Of a stretch of DNA of 64,000 bases, positions 13,325-26,358 are shown one piece after another. Each line of letters opens with the position of its first letter. The stretch's first letter is position 1. The translations under genes and the position numbers were made by a program. This stretch comes from Eledone cirrhosa (taxonomy: Eukaryota), in contig OZ024749.1 in assembly GCA_964016885.1 (NCBI GenBank), forward strand, positions 10,850,001 through 10,914,000, given 5' to 3'. The notes below the pieces were generated by a model, which searched no databases, was not told where the DNA came from, and saw nothing but the letters and a program-made list of their open reading frames with translations.

Positions 13325-13808
13325 TAGTGACCTCATACAAACCCACGGGGGAAGGGCTGTCTCTCCCCTCCCCACCAGTTCAGGTGTGACTTCATACAAA
13401 CACACAGGGGAGTGGCTGTCTTTCCCCACCTCACCGGTTCAGGTGTTACCGTATACAAACACACGAGGGAAGGGTTGTCTCTCCCCACCACACCAGTGCA
13501 GGTCTGACCTCACAGGAGAAGGGCTGTCTCTCCTCACCCCACTGGGACAGATCTGACCTCAACGGTGGAAGGGCTGATCTCATACAAACACACAGGGGAA
13601 GGGCTGTCTCTCCTCACCCCATCGGTACAGGTTTGACCTCATAAAAACACAGGAGAAGGGCCCTCTCCTCATCCCATCGGTAAGTGTGACCTTATACAAA
13701 CACACGGGGGAAAGGGATCTCTTCTCTCCCCACCGGTTCAAGTGTGACCTCATACAAACACACGGGGAAGAAGGCTGTCTCGCCTCACCCCACCGGTACA
13801 GGTCTGAA
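13325..13808. repeat. ~60-bp minisatellite, ~8 diverged copies
   Basis: Unit gtgacctcatacaaacacacggggaagggctgtctctcctcaccccaccggttcaggt. Confidence 0.9.
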
Positions 13809-13809
13809 G

Positions 13810-14627
13810 CAGGCCCGTAGCAAAGAGGATACCAGGAGATGCCCGGCATCCCCTATCAAAAGCAAATTTAGTTTTGGCATCCCCATCAACCAAGATTTTA
13901 TTTTAAAAAATTAACGCAACAGGTAAAGGCAAAATAAAACATTAATTGTTTCTACTTTAGGCACAAGGCCAGCAGTTAACCAGTACATTACTGGTACTTT
14001 ATTTTATCGACCCCGTAAGGATGAAAGGCAAAATAAAACATTAATGACACAGAATAAGCCTATATAAGACAATATCACAATATTATACGGTTTGACTTGT
14101 ATTTTGGACAAAACATTTATACAATATACATATACGAATAAGAGGAGAGAGAATATACATAAACATCTTATATCTTTCTATTTGTTTAAATATTTGCATG
14201 AGGTATCACATGTATACAGGACATATTTTATATAATTACCTATTATTAATATATATATAATTAAAGGTTAAACAAGGTTCAATGAATAAATCAATGAATA
14301 AAGTTTCACAATAGATTAGAAGCACCCCACAAAGAGGATTTCTGGAGTTATTAATATTACTTCAAAATATTAATAAATATAGACATTCATGTGATCAAAT
14401 ATATTTTATTATACATATTTCAGAGGTACTGAGCTATTTCAACAGTACGTCCTCATCAGATAAAATAAGTTGATGCTTGACATACCTTGACTATGTTGAT
14501 GGTTACAATTCAATATATTAATATATATATTTTACTAAACAATATTTCTTTATTTTGTTTTGGCATCCCCATGTTTTAACATATATTCGAATGGCATTAC
14601 CTGACAGAAAACCTGGCTACGGGTTTG
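13810..14627. mobile_element. Non-autonomous hAT element (MITE-like) with nested insertions
   Basis: TIRs CAGGCCCGTAGC / GCTACGGGTTTG; 8-bp flanks GTCTGAAG / CTCTGAAG (7/8 identical TSD); subterminal ttttggcatcccc near both ends. Confidence 0.75.
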
Positions 14628-14660
14628 CTCTGAAGGGACACGAAGTTTTTAGGCCCGTCA

Positions 14661-14866
14661 TCAACATCCTGTACCACATTAGCGAGGTATTCCTGAATAG
14701 TAGAAAACATCACCACCACTGCATCACACCAAACGTTAAAGTCTTTATTGTAAAGCTGCAAATTTTCTCAACTATGTGTCCATTAATAAAGATACTATAA
14801 ACATTTGAATTCACAAACCTGTTTTTAGCTATTTTGATTTTCTGCTAAATCATTACAAAATGTTAT
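14661..14866. mobile_element. Dispersed MITE-like repeat (related copies ~29503-29675 and ~33915-34199)
   Basis: Shared ataaacatttgaatt(a/c)aca..ttttag..atttt core; ends resemble (tt)aacatcctgta / tacaggatgttaa. Confidence 0.55.
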
Positions 14867-15360
14867 GGTGTGGTCACCCAATGTGTGTGTCCCCTGTCCC
14901 ATCACTGAGAAGCTTTACTGTACAAATAATTAACCTCCCGCCAACTAGGCGAGGTCGGGGGGGGGGGTCTCTATGTGGTCACCTAACCTACTAGAAATAG
15001 CAGCCATACTTCTCTTAAATCACAACCGACCGTCTTCAAAATAGGAAATTATACTTGGATATTGTAGTATTTGACACATATTCTGGCTTGAAGACGAGGT
15101 GTTCACGGCTGGAACGCCTGATTTTGGCCTAAACGGCAAGTTTCTACTTGCTGGGAATTGCAGCCAAATATCCCTCGACCCCTCAACTGTCTTTAAAAAT
15201 AGAGGACATATTGGATCAGCTAATTTTGGTTACTCTGTCTGAAATAAAATAAAAAAATAACAGCGTGGATGGTCACGGCAGGAATGGCTTTTGATACATA
15301 TTTTTTCTTAATCAGTTCTGATTTGTCTAAGAGAACTAAACAATAGCGACAACACGAACA

Positions 15361-15520
15361 TTAATAATTGTTTCTACTTTTGGCACAAGGCCAGCAAATA
15401 CCCAGTGCATTACTGGTACTTTATTTTATCAACCCCGTAAGGATGAAAAGCAAAGTTAACCTCGGCGGGATTTGAACTCAGAAAAGCATGGTGTCTGACG
15501 CTCTACCGATACTACCAATT
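15361..15520 (-). mobile_element. tRNA-derived SINE, Nin/Deu-like
   Basis: Reverse complement of the 12190 family, including ggatttgaactc (B box). Confidence 0.85.
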
Positions 15521-16344
15521 CACGAAAGTTATTGATATCACAATACATGTTTACAACGAAAAGAAAAACTGAAACGAGGTTGCCTTTTATGTGGTTATTA
15601 GGTATGCTAGAAATAACAGCTAAATTCATACAAATCTTACCCTACCGTCTATAAAAAAAATGACATCGTTCTGTTAAACACACATGAGATAGATGTCCCT
15701 GATCACATTCACTAAACAATAACAAAACGATGTCTGTAATAAACAAAACACTAATGTGTTTAATAACAGTAGTATAGTGTTTAATAACAGTAGTATAGTG
15801 CTTAATAACACTAGTGTAGTGCTTAAAAACAGTAATGTCGAGATTATGATGAATGCATGACAGAGATGGTAAAAAAGAATTATAAATACCCCCTCCCCCC
15901 AGTTATTGAGATTCTTTTTTTTAAAAATATAAATCACTCTGATATTTTATTATGATTGCTAACTATAACTAATTTTATTTTAGAAGACATTTAAATAGTA
16001 TGTTAGTCCCATCATCATTATGGTGTGAATGTTGACCCATTATCACCATCATCACCACCACAGTCATCATCATCATCATCATCATGGTGTAAATGTTGAA
16101 CCACTATCACCATCACCACCACAGTAGTGTGGGGAGGAGGGGGGGGGGGTGCGTTGGGGGGGAAAAGAACTTAATAAATTTGATTGATTTATATTAAAAT
16201 CGAATAAAGCGTTTATTTCGTGTTTCATCATGTTTTCCTTTCTCATAATATTTCTCAGTATATTAGGTCTTATATTTGAGTCTTTGGGGCATTGCATTCC
16301 AGATTTGCCCTGGCATCACCAGAGCTCTGCACCCCCCCCCCCCC

Positions 16345-16922
16345 ACTACATCATCATTGTCATCACAACTATTATCACCACCGTCACCACCACTATCACC
16401 ACTATCACCACCATCACCATCATCACCACCATCTCCATCATATCATATCATCACACATCATCTTTATTATTCTTCATCACTATAATCATAACCACAATCA
16501 CTATCATCACCACCATTATCATCACCACCACCACTATCATCACCACCACCACTATCATCATCACCACCATTATCATCACCACCACCATTATCATCACCAC
16601 CACCATTATCATCACCACCACCACCACCATTATCATCACCACCACCATTATCATCACCACCATTATCATAACCACCATTATCATCACCACCATTATCATC
16701 ACCACCACCATTATCATCACCACCACCACTATCATCACCACCACCACTATCATCACCACCACCATTATCATCACCACCACCATTATCATCACCACCATTA
16801 TCATCACCACCATCACTATCATCACCTCCATCAGCATCATCTCTAACATCATCACCATCATCACTATCATCATCACCCCTGTCACTACCATTACCATCAT
16901 CATCATCATCATCATCATCAAT
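16345..16922. repeat. Compound (CAC/CAT/TAT)n trinucleotide repeat
   Basis: Direct observation. Confidence 0.97.
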
Positions 16923-16949
16923 AACTATACTTATTATTAGTAATAACAC

Positions 16950-17300
16950 CAAAGTGTAACATTACTCGATAAAGTGCGTAGCTCAGAGATGAGAGAGTTA
17001 CTTACTCCAGTTAGAGAAGCTACTTCTCCGAATTGGGAGATCACAGCTCCAATACTATTGGCATGAGGTTAGAATGTCTTGGGGAAAGAATTGCTGGACA
17101 GATTTTAAAGGCAAAAACCAACCAGCAAGAAACCTAGAGGTAGGTGCCGAGCAAGATGGTTGGATAACATCCATGAGCTTGGCTGGTCTCTCTACGAGAT
17201 CCAGATGGTTCACTTGGAGATGGTTGCTTCTGACAGGACCTACTGGAAGGAGTGTTTGAGGACTTTGACCCCCACGACCATCTCAGGAATAAGTGGGAGA
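16950..17300 (+). mobile_element. RTE-clade LINE 3' fragment
   Basis: Reverse complement of the 6995-7460 family (gagcaagatggttggataacatccatgagcttggctggtc..ggaataagtggg). Confidence 0.8.
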
Positions 17301-17944
17301 AGAAGGACAAGAACACCACCAAGAGTGGTTGATTAACAGAATTGTTAGACAAATGCTTTGTGGTATTTGTTCCAGCTGTTTGTGTTCTGAGTTCCTTTCA
17401 TCCTATATGGAAAGTCAAGTACTGGGTTTGATATAACCTACTTTCCCTAGTAGGAAACCAATAATAGTAATAGTAAGGTGTGGGCTTGGTTTGGTAGAAT
17501 TGGTATAGCATCAGATAAAATGACATTGTGTTATTTGTTCTGGTTATGTTCTCAGTTCTCATCCCACTGAGATCAACTTCATCCTTCTGAGTATCAGTCA
17601 ATTCCTGGGGTTGATATAAACCCACATTGCAGGTTTTTGGCCTAAATTTGAACTCAGAACATAAAAATTACAGCTCTTTCTGAGGTCAATTTTGCCTTTC
17701 ATCTTTCTGGGATTGATAAAATAAAGTACCAGTTAAGTACTGGGGTTGATATAATCGACTTACACCTTCCCTGAAATTGCTTGCCTTGTGCTTCAATTAG
17801 AAGCAATTGCTTATCTGGTGTTGATTCTTACATAGAAGTATGAGAGAAGATTTTTAGACAAATATAAATACTTTAAAACAGACAGTACTGTATCATAGAA
17901 CCAGAGGCTATTTCAGCTGGTTTGATATTGAAAGGGTTAAAACG

Positions 17945-18610
17945 TGTCATCCGACAGGGTCATATTCAACATGACTACCAATATCATCCATTATTACTCA
18001 GCAGGACCTAAATATACTAGGGTAGGCATGGTGCTACTAGTACATAAATCAATCTGTGATCTGGAGAGTCAAGATGGAGCCAGTGAATACTTGATGCCTG
18101 CTACCTCTCAGTGCTCCTTCTTCTTCAGCTTCAACCTCAGCTCCTCTTCTTGGCCAGAAATCATTTATCTGCCTTGCAGCCCTGCTCACCAGATGAGGCT
18201 TTAGCAAGAAACAATACATTGTTGTGTATTTTGTCATGCTACTGTGGGTTGACTTGGATTGAATAAGGTCCTTTTTTTTCTTTTTTGATGCATGTTTTTC
18301 TCTAGCTTGATGCCAACCCACACTTTATTTTTAACTGTGGGACATAAACATTCATTTTACACATTTATACAAGTGAATATATCTTCTCCAGCAGCACGTC
18401 ACCAGTCATCACTGTTCTTTGTCATCTCCTTTTATGACACTCAGACATTCCATCCACTTAGGTGGGTGCTCCATACTTCGTAATACATCCATACTTATCA
18501 CATAAGTTTAATTCCTAGATTTGCATCTCTAAGGAACAAACTGCCTAGGGATTGCTCTCCTTATCACTACAACATTGAACTTTTTAAGAAAAGGGTCAAT
18601 AAATATTTCT
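17945..18610 (+). mobile_element. Highly decayed CR1/L2/Jockey-group LINE 3' fragment
   Basis: Remnant ..IPRFASL.NKLP.. and ..NIELFKKRVNK-like C-terminal motifs near 18510-18605. Confidence 0.4.
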
Positions 18611-18910
18611 CCATATCGTAATTTCATCCAAATTGCCAATTCGTCATTTTCACACTTGTCATGTCTTTGACTCTGCAAAAAGACTCCTCCTGATCTGTTT
18701 TTCTCTTAGCTTGTTTGTGCTTTACCATTCTTGTATATTAACATATTACAGAATCAGCTTGTCTCATTTCTTCCTATCCTTCACAAATCATCTGTATTTA
18801 AGGCCCATTTCTTGTGAGCATGCAGCTTCATGCTGTGTGCACAAGCATTGTACATTTCCTTCAATCTGAGAGAGAAACTCTTTGTTACCAACAGAGGTAG
18901 TAAACTCTCT

Positions 18911-20110
18911 CATCATCATCATCATCATCATCATCATCGTTTAACGTCCATCTTCCACACTAGCATGGGTTAGATGAGACTTGTCCCACTTGAGGCAAGG
19001 TTGGTCGGGTGACCGTGTCTCGCTCATATAGGACTATCTGGCAGGTTTTCTATGGCTGGATGCCCTTCCCAACACCAACCACATTTACAGTGTGGAACTG
19101 GGAGGTTTTTACCGCGTTACCTACACGGCCACATTACAGCGTGGACTGTGCGTTTTTTGTCGTGACACCTACACAACCTCGATCTCATTATCTCATTTAT
19201 TTGGACTGGATGTTGTGGTACCAACTTTACAGAGAGAGGGTGGTGTTGGTGGGAGTGGGAGGGTAGGGTAGGGGTAGTGGATTGGGGGTGTATATTTGGT
19301 TAAGAGGTGCCTACTGACTCTAGGTTTCGCTTTGTACTTAGGCAAGGTGGGTCTTCCTTATTACTGCGCCCGTGCCAAAGATCTCGGTCCAGTGACATTG
19401 TCTTGGAGAGGTGCAAGTGTGTGAGGTTGGAATTTATCAGATTTTTCTGGGTCTACCTACTCCGTAACTACCATCAATTTTGATCGCCCTGCACTTTTTT
19501 ATACAGCTGTCACCTTTCATGCGCATCACGTGGCCATACCAACGTAGTCTTCTCTCAAGTAAACAACATCTGATCCCTCCTATTCCTAATTTCTCACTTA
19601 GTTCATTTATGCTTTGCCGTTCACCTCAACTTTTAAAAACACATTATTACTCTGGTTACTCTGCTTTTGGAGCACTAACCGTTACTATTAATTTGGTCAC
19701 CTAGGTAACAAAAGCTATCAACAAATACAGGCATTTTAGAGAATTTATTTCACATGGGCTCTCACTGTTTACTGCTATTCTGCATCTATTGCATATAAAG
19801 TCAACCTTCTCCCTAATAACCTGCGCCTAATCCTTCATCTTTTCTTTATCTATTGCTCACACTGAGTAGTGTACAGGATTTCTACCTCCTCCTTTTCTAC
19901 ATATCCAACATACTTGCAGATTCTCTCTTACTAAAACTTTGGTCTTTACTAAATTTACGTTGAGGTCTTTTAATTCTAGGTTTTTCTTCCTTATATCTTG
20001 AATTTCCTCTCAAAATTTACCACAGATTCACTTTTATGAACAAAAGTCATCAACATATGGGAGCCCCCACAGAAAACTGGTCTTAAATTGCTCTGTAATG
20101 ACCTGGAGGT
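18911..20110 (-). mobile_element. RTE LINE fragment with (GAT)n tail
   Basis: Tail catcatcatcgtttaacgtccatcttcc; minus-strand RLRWYGHVMRM near 19520-19550 and a degenerate YVDD RT motif near 20045-20060. Confidence 0.75.
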
Positions 20111-20284
20111 TGACGATGGTTTTCATGCCAAGCTTTTAGTTGTTTGATCAAGTGAACATCTAACTCATTAACGTATAAGTGGTTGTTTGATCCACAAACA
20201 CGTGTACCTTTAGCATTATTGCCATGGCAACTCAATATATGTGACAAGGATGGACTGTTGAATTACAGCTACAATCTAAGGGCT

Positions 20285-20452
20285 CCCACACAATTTCCAT
20301 CTACCCAGTTTCACTGACAAGGCTTTGGTTGACTGGAGGCTGTGGTAAAGATACTTGTCCAAGATGACACAACTCATCTGACAGCCTTCTATTATGTTTC
20401 TGTTTACTCAGTTTCACTCACACAGCTTTGGTTGACCTGAAGTTATGATAGA
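20285..20452 (-). mobile_element. CORE-type SINE fragments (two partial copies)
   Basis: Minus strand cttggacaagtatcttt..ccaaagccttgtcagtgaaactgggtagatggaaa, partly repeated. Confidence 0.55.
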
Positions 20453-20454
20453 CA

Positions 20455-20643
20455 TGGTGGATTGGCAGTATCGGTAGAGGGTCGGACGCCATGCTTTGAC
20501 GCATAGAGTTACGGCCCTTGCCATTCTAAGTTCAAATCCCGCCGAGGTTAATTTTGCCTTTCATCCTTACGGGGTCGATAAAATAAAGTACCAGTAATGT
20601 ACTGGGATAATTGCTGGCCTTGTTCCAAAAGTAGAAACAATTA
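20455..20643 (+). mobile_element. tRNA-derived SINE, Nin/Deu-like, near full length
   Basis: A-box-like tggcagtatcgg, B box gttcaaatcc, core gcctttcatccttacggggtcgataaaataaagtaccag. Confidence 0.88.
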
Positions 20644-20644
20644 T

Positions 20645-21275
20645 AGTATAAAACAGATATGTTTATTATGTTATGGCAGTGTTATTACAGTATAAAACAG
20701 ATATGTTTATGGTATGGCAGTGTTATTACAGTATAAAACAGATATGTTTATTGTATGGTATGACAGTGTTGTTACAGTATCAAACAGATATGTTTATGGT
20801 ATGGCAGTGTTGTTACAGTATAAAACAGATATGTTTATTGTATGGTATGACAGTGTTATTACAGTATAAAACAGATATGTTTATTGTATGGTATGGCAGT
20901 GTTGTTACAGTATAAAACAGATATGTTTATTATGTTATGGCAGTGTTATTACAGTATAAAACAGATATGTTTATGGTATGGCAGTGTTATTACAGTATAA
21001 AACAGATATGTTTAATGTATGGTATGGCAGTGTTGTTACAGTATAAAACAGATATGTTTATTATGTTATGGCAGTGTTATTACAGTATAAAACATATGTT
21101 TATTGTATGGTATGGCAGTGTTGTTACAGTATGAAACAGATATGTTTATTATGTTATGGCAGTGTTATTATAGTATAAAACATGTTTATTGTATGGTATG
21201 GCAGTGTTATTACAGTATAAAACAGATATGTTTATTGTGTGGTATGGCAGTGTTATTACAGTATAAAACAGATAT
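20645..21275. repeat. ~41-46-bp minisatellite
   Basis: Unit cagtataaaacagatatgttta(ttgta)tggtatggcagtgtt(a/g)tta, ~14 copies. Confidence 0.97.
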
Positions 21276-21604
21276 AATGTTGAATGTCATTCCCCCCAGT
21301 TTAATCTCCCATAATAATAGCCACCTATTTAAATCTGAAATAAATCAACAGAAAATCAACTAAAATCAAGTCTATTTATTCCAGCAGCTGTTTTTTTATA
21401 CTTGAAACAGTAAAATCTAAAAATGCCACACTGCTTCTTTCAAAATTTCTCACTTGCTTGCAAAAAACAAACAAGAGAACAAAAAAGAAACAAAACATTC
21501 CAAGATGGTAAGTTGTTAAGAGGCATTTTCTTTTATTGATAGACTATTTAACAGATTTTCTGACAATAACAAATCTGAGATAATGTCAGCTAGATTTATT
21601 AACA

Positions 21605-21975
21605 CCATTAGGAGAGAAGGGCGTCTATTCCAAGGAGATGAGGTACCATTAGGAGAGGGGGGTGTCTATTCCAAAGAGATGAGGTACCATTAGGAGAGGG
21701 GGTGTCTATTCCAAGGAGATGAGGTACCATTAGGAGAGGGGGGTGTCTGTTCCAAGGAGATGAGGAACCATTAGGAGAGGGGGGTCTGTTCCAAGCAGAT
21801 GTACCATTAGGTGAGGTGGAGTCTGTTCCAAGGAGATGAGGTACCATTTGGAGAGGGGGGGGAGTCTGTTCCAAGCAGATGAGGTACCATTTGGAGAGGG
21901 AGGGAGTCTGTTCCAAGCAGATGAGGCACCATTTGGAGAGGGAGGGGTGGGGAGTCTGTTCCAAGCAGATGAGGC
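21605..21975. repeat. ~40-bp minisatellite
   Basis: Unit ccattaggagaggggggtgtctattccaaggagatgaggta, ~9 copies. Confidence 0.95.
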
Positions 21976-22034
21976 TCATCAGGCCAGAGTTTCTCCTGAT
22001 TTCATTGGTGTTAAGTGACTGAGAGTTCATGGGC

Positions 22035-22540
22035 CCTACCTGACAAGATGCCAAGCTATCTCAGGGTTAACCTCCCCTACCTGAACAGGATGCCAGGTTA
22101 TCTCGGGGTTAACCTCCCCTACCTGAACAGGATGCCAGGTTATCTCAGGGTTAATCTCCCCTACCTGAACAGGATGCCAGGTTATCTCGGGGTTAATCTC
22201 CCCTACCTGAACAGGATGCCAGGTTATCTCAGGGTTAACCTCCCCTATCTGAACAGGATGCCAGGTTATCTCAGGGTTAATCTCCCCTACCTGAACAGGA
22301 TGCCAGGTTATCTCGGGGTTAATCTCCCCTACCTGAACAGGATGCCAGGTTATCTCAGGGTTAATCTCCCCTACCTGAACAGGATGCCAGGTTATCTCAG
22401 GGTTAATCTCCCCTACCTGAACAGGATGCCAGGTTATCTCGGGGTTAATCTCCCCTACCTGAACAGGATGCCAGGTTATCTCAGGGTTAACCTCCCCTAT
22501 CTGAACAGGATGCCAGGTTATCTCAGGGTTAATCTCCCCT
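22035..22540. repeat. 42-bp minisatellite, ~12 near-identical copies
   Basis: Unit ctacctgaacaggatgccaggttatctc(a/g)gggttaa(t/c)ctccc. Confidence 0.97.
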
Positions 22541-22544
22541 TAAC

Positions 22545-22705
22545 TGCTGTTGTTGCAGGTACCCATTTTTAGCTGAATAGATTGGAACAACATGAAGTGA
22601 AGTGTTTTGCTCAAGAACACAATGTACCATCTACCTGGTTAAGGGATGTAACCCACAACATTACGATCGTTAACCCAACACTTTAACCACTAGGCCACTT
22701 GCCTT
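22545..22705 (-). mobile_element. tRNA-derived CORE-type SINE
   Basis: Minus strand gtggcctagtggttaaagtgttggg..ttgtgttcttgagcaaaacacttcacttcatgttgttcc; same family as 58520. Confidence 0.75.
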
Positions 22706-23099
22706 CAAATTACAAGAAGAATGCATACATGCAATGTGTATCCCAGTTTTTAGAATAGATACACCACATCCCTGCATGTCATTAGAGGTGACAAAAGAGG
22801 TTAGAATCAGGGAGGGCGTCTGTCTGTACCACATTGTCTCACACCATTCCATCAAACCCTTGAAAAAGTGGACGTCAAACCACATCGATGGTTTTATTTA
22901 ATGTGCCTTTGTTGAGTGAAGTTTCTAACATCGGATATATAATGGGAACATTAGTTATATTATTACTAAATCCCTCCAAATTCTTGATTATTTTCAAAAT
23001 GATTTGTTTAGAAATTTGGTAATGAAAGGGTGTTGGCAGGTCTGTATATGTTTGCATGTTTTAAGTACACAGGTATTTAAAACACCAATTTCGATGTTC

Positions 23100-24290
23100 T
23101 CGCATGAACCACATGACAGGTGCAATGTGTCCAAACACAAAAGAGCTGAACTCCCACCATCATCGCCCCCATCTCTCTGTATAGTGAGCAAATGGGGTCC
23201 CACATGCTGGCCGCCCGATAGCCCCGTCGGACAGAATGGAGAACGCGTTTCCCTGGAGGATGGTGGGGGAGATGCACTGGAAGAGCCAGTCTATCTCGCA
23301 AGGCTCACACCTGCAGCTGGCCAGCTCAGCGCCTATGGTGGTGAATAGGGAGGTAGCTCTAGAGCCAAGGACACCAGAAGTCTCCACTGCCAAGGGCATG
23401 ACTGTAAACCTGTCAGAGATCGACCGGTACTTGGAAAGTTTTCCCTCCTCAGCCCGAAGTGCAGCAGAACCTGGATTAGTCACAGACTGCACCAGGTTGT
23501 GGCTGGAGAAAGTGTTGGTGCAAGTGGCATCCCAGACGAGGGGTTTGCCACCACAGAACGGGAAGATGGTCATACTGTCTGGCCTTTTGCCATCCCACTC
23601 GGTCCAGCCTCGCCAGCTTGAGCTGGGAGGGGAAGCCTGCAGCGTCCGAGCCATGCTTTATGACCTTGTTGAGGGCAGCATGGCATGGAAGGCGACCGGC
23701 ACTGTGGCGACAGGAAAACGGGTGGAAGCTAAAAGAGTTCACGGTGGATCCACAGCGACATTTATGTGGCTCGCTGATGTGCAGGCCAAGCCCCAGGGAA
23801 ACGCTGATGTGCAGGCTATCGTTGTCTAGCTGCGTGCCAGTGGAGAAGGAGGGTAAGGCATGGAGCCGGGTACTACTGCGGGGTTTGGAGGCCACGTGAA
23901 AACAGGCAAGGTGGTGCTGGTCGAGCTGGTGTGTGAGCGTGTCTGAGGCCAGGCTGCACTGGATGACAACCCAAATGCTTTGGGGAGACTTGACGTCAGT
24001 AGGGGGAGAAGGAGGAGGGATGTCTACTGGGCTAAGTCCCAGGTGGCCTCACGTTCCTTGATCATAGAGGGTTCCATTGTGTTTTGGAAAACCCTGCTGA
24101 CAAGGACGCAGCATGAAGTTACCGACAAAAGAAACGCCGGCAAAGCCAGCGAGATTGGGGACCGGTGGTCAAGGCCACTATATCTAGCTGGTAAGGTGGC
24201 CTGTTGCCAACCAATGTCGTCAAACCTGATGTTGTATATCTCCTCAGCTGTCGCTTGGATACAAGTGTCGAGGTCAGCGAGGATATATGC
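23100..24290 (-). mobile_element. CRE-clade non-LTR retrotransposon 3' part (zinc knuckle and restriction-like endonuclease), frameshifted
   Basis: HKCRCG..HPFSC..HAALN zinc knuckle; KRPDSMTIFPF..GKPLVWDATC..EEGKLSKY..PLAVETSG PD-(D/E)xK nuclease motifs. Confidence 0.9.
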
Positions 24291-24589
24291 TGATGACTGT
24301 GTACTTCTAGCTAAATCTATGGAGGGTTAAAAAAAACATTCTCCAGCCCTAGAGCTAAATACCCAGGCATGAATTAGTAGCAGGCAGTAAGAAACATACA
24401 TACAAATGTATTGTTTGATACAAGTAGAGAACTATAATTGTTTTTAACCCTCCTGAAACTGCCATTGGTTTTATGATATAAAGTAGCTGCTTTGAAGGGT
24501 CTATACTATTAAAACCTGCCATAATCTTATATAAGAATCTTTAACATTTAAATTTAAAAAAAAAATGTTTGCTCTACATGACTGAATAC

Positions 24590-24838
24590 AATAAATGTAA
24601 TCTGAGTTTTTCGAATATTAATAACATTCGATTCGTTTGCAATATGCAAACGAGCCTCATTTTAAAAGCCATGTCAGTAGAATAAACCCTTCATTCTTGC
24701 TCTTGTGTTGGCATGTAAACACAAGAGCAAGAATGAAGGGTACATTCTACTGACATGGCTTTAAAAATGAGGCTTGTTTGCATAATTGCAAACGAATCGA
24801 ATGTTATTAATATTCGAAAATCTCAGATTACATTTATT
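24590..24838. repeat. ~250-bp near-perfect palindrome (foldback)
   Basis: aataaatgtaatctgag..cttgctcttgtgtt pairs with aacacaagagcaag..ctcagattacatttatt; centre 24713/24714. Confidence 0.95.
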
Positions 24839-24943
24839 AACGTTTAATATCTGGTAATGATTTAAAAGAAAATATTGAAAAATAAGTTTGTTTATTCAAA
24901 TGTTTGTAGTAGCTTTATTTGTGTGTGCAGGCTGTTGTGATCA

Positions 24944-25545
24944 TCTATATATATATAAAACTGAGGATGTCTGTCTGTGTGTGTGTGTTTGAATCCCTAA
25001 AACTCGAGAACCAGCCAACCGATTGTTTTCAAACTTTACACATGTAATACTTATGTTTCAGGGAGTGTTCTGAGCAAAAGAATGTTCAAATTTTCAAAGC
25101 CCTAGGGACGTCATTAGGCGGTTTAGCGATCTCTCTCTATAATTCTTAGTCTTTCTCTTTTTAGATAGATACATAGATATAACGTCGCGCCCTTATAATA
25201 TCTGTTTGTATGTCTGACTGTCTGCATTACGTCACTTCCCTGAGGATGTCTGTGTGAGTTTGAATCCCTAAAACTCGAAGTACCCAACCGACTTTTTTCA
25301 AACTTTACATGTGTATTACCTATGTTTCAGGGAATGTTATGCACATAAACTTTTTTGTTCCCTAGAGCCCGCATTAGGTGAAAACCTGCATTTTTCCTGC
25401 TTCATCGAGGAAAATCTTAAAGATTATCCAGCCATCAGAGTATTCGGTTTATTTTCTTTACATATTGTCGAGGCATGCAGTAGGTCTGTTGGCGGCCCAC
25501 GTTCCAAAATACCTTATCCCGTGCAACGCCAGGTACCACTGCTAG
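24944..25545 (+). mobile_element. Non-autonomous Helitron
   Basis: Inserted between A and T; 5' TCTATATATATATAAAA; 3' degenerate hairpin cccgtgcaacgccagg then CTAG; internal duplication (24961 vs 25240). Confidence 0.8.
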
Positions 25546-26174
25546 TTATCTATAAACTCGAGTTAAGATTTAAACTTTTAGCATGAAGCAATCACAGTAG
25601 TGTTTTGTACTTTTCAAGAATATTTTGCTAATCTGGTTTCATGCAGTACAGGATATTAAAAGTGAAGTACTGTTCCAAACACCAGTTTAATAATGAAAAA
25701 GTTAAACCATGTTATTAAATTCCACCAAATTCTTCATTATTTTCAAAATTAATTAAATCCGAATGTTTGTGCTAACAAAAGGTCAAAATACTTGATGCAA
25801 TGATCTGATATTTTCCTCTTATCACCTATATTTCTACTTTTCTAAACCCCTAACAAAGACAGACTTTAATAACATAGCTATTAACATGTTTTGAGTATCA
25901 TTACTTCTCATTAGTCTGGCAAAATGAGCAGATTCCAGCAGTTGTTTTTGTGTATTATTAATTACTGCATAATTTAATAGTCTTAAATCAGCCTAAAATG
26001 TTAGTGGGGTATTATTAAGTGCTGCATGGTTATAGATTCAAATTTCATTCTGTTTGTTGGAGGTTTATTGTACAGATGGATTCTGAATTGGAGGTTTATT
26101 AACAATAAAGTATTTTAGCCAGAGTTGTACATGTCTGGCAAGTGACTTGATCTGAGACTATGTTGAAGTTAAAA

Positions 26175-26358
26175 TAATTGTTTCTTCTTTTGGCACAAGG
26201 CCAGCAATTATCCAGTGCATTGCTGGTACTTTATTTTATCGACCCCGTAAGGATGAAAGGTAAAGTTAACCTCGGCAGGATTTGAACTCAGGCCGTAAAG
26301 GGACTAACTATGCTGGAAAGGATGGTGTCTGACCTTCTACCGATACTGGAAATTCACC
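26175..26358 (-). mobile_element. tRNA-derived SINE, Nin/Deu-like
   Basis: Reverse complement of the 20455 family. Confidence 0.85.

Noticed and set aside
16230-16952. Poly-His, Thr/Ile and Gly/Asp ORFs
   Set aside because: Trinucleotide repeat artefacts.
22015-22572. 185-aa protein with 14-aa repeats
   Set aside because: Translation of a 42-bp minisatellite.
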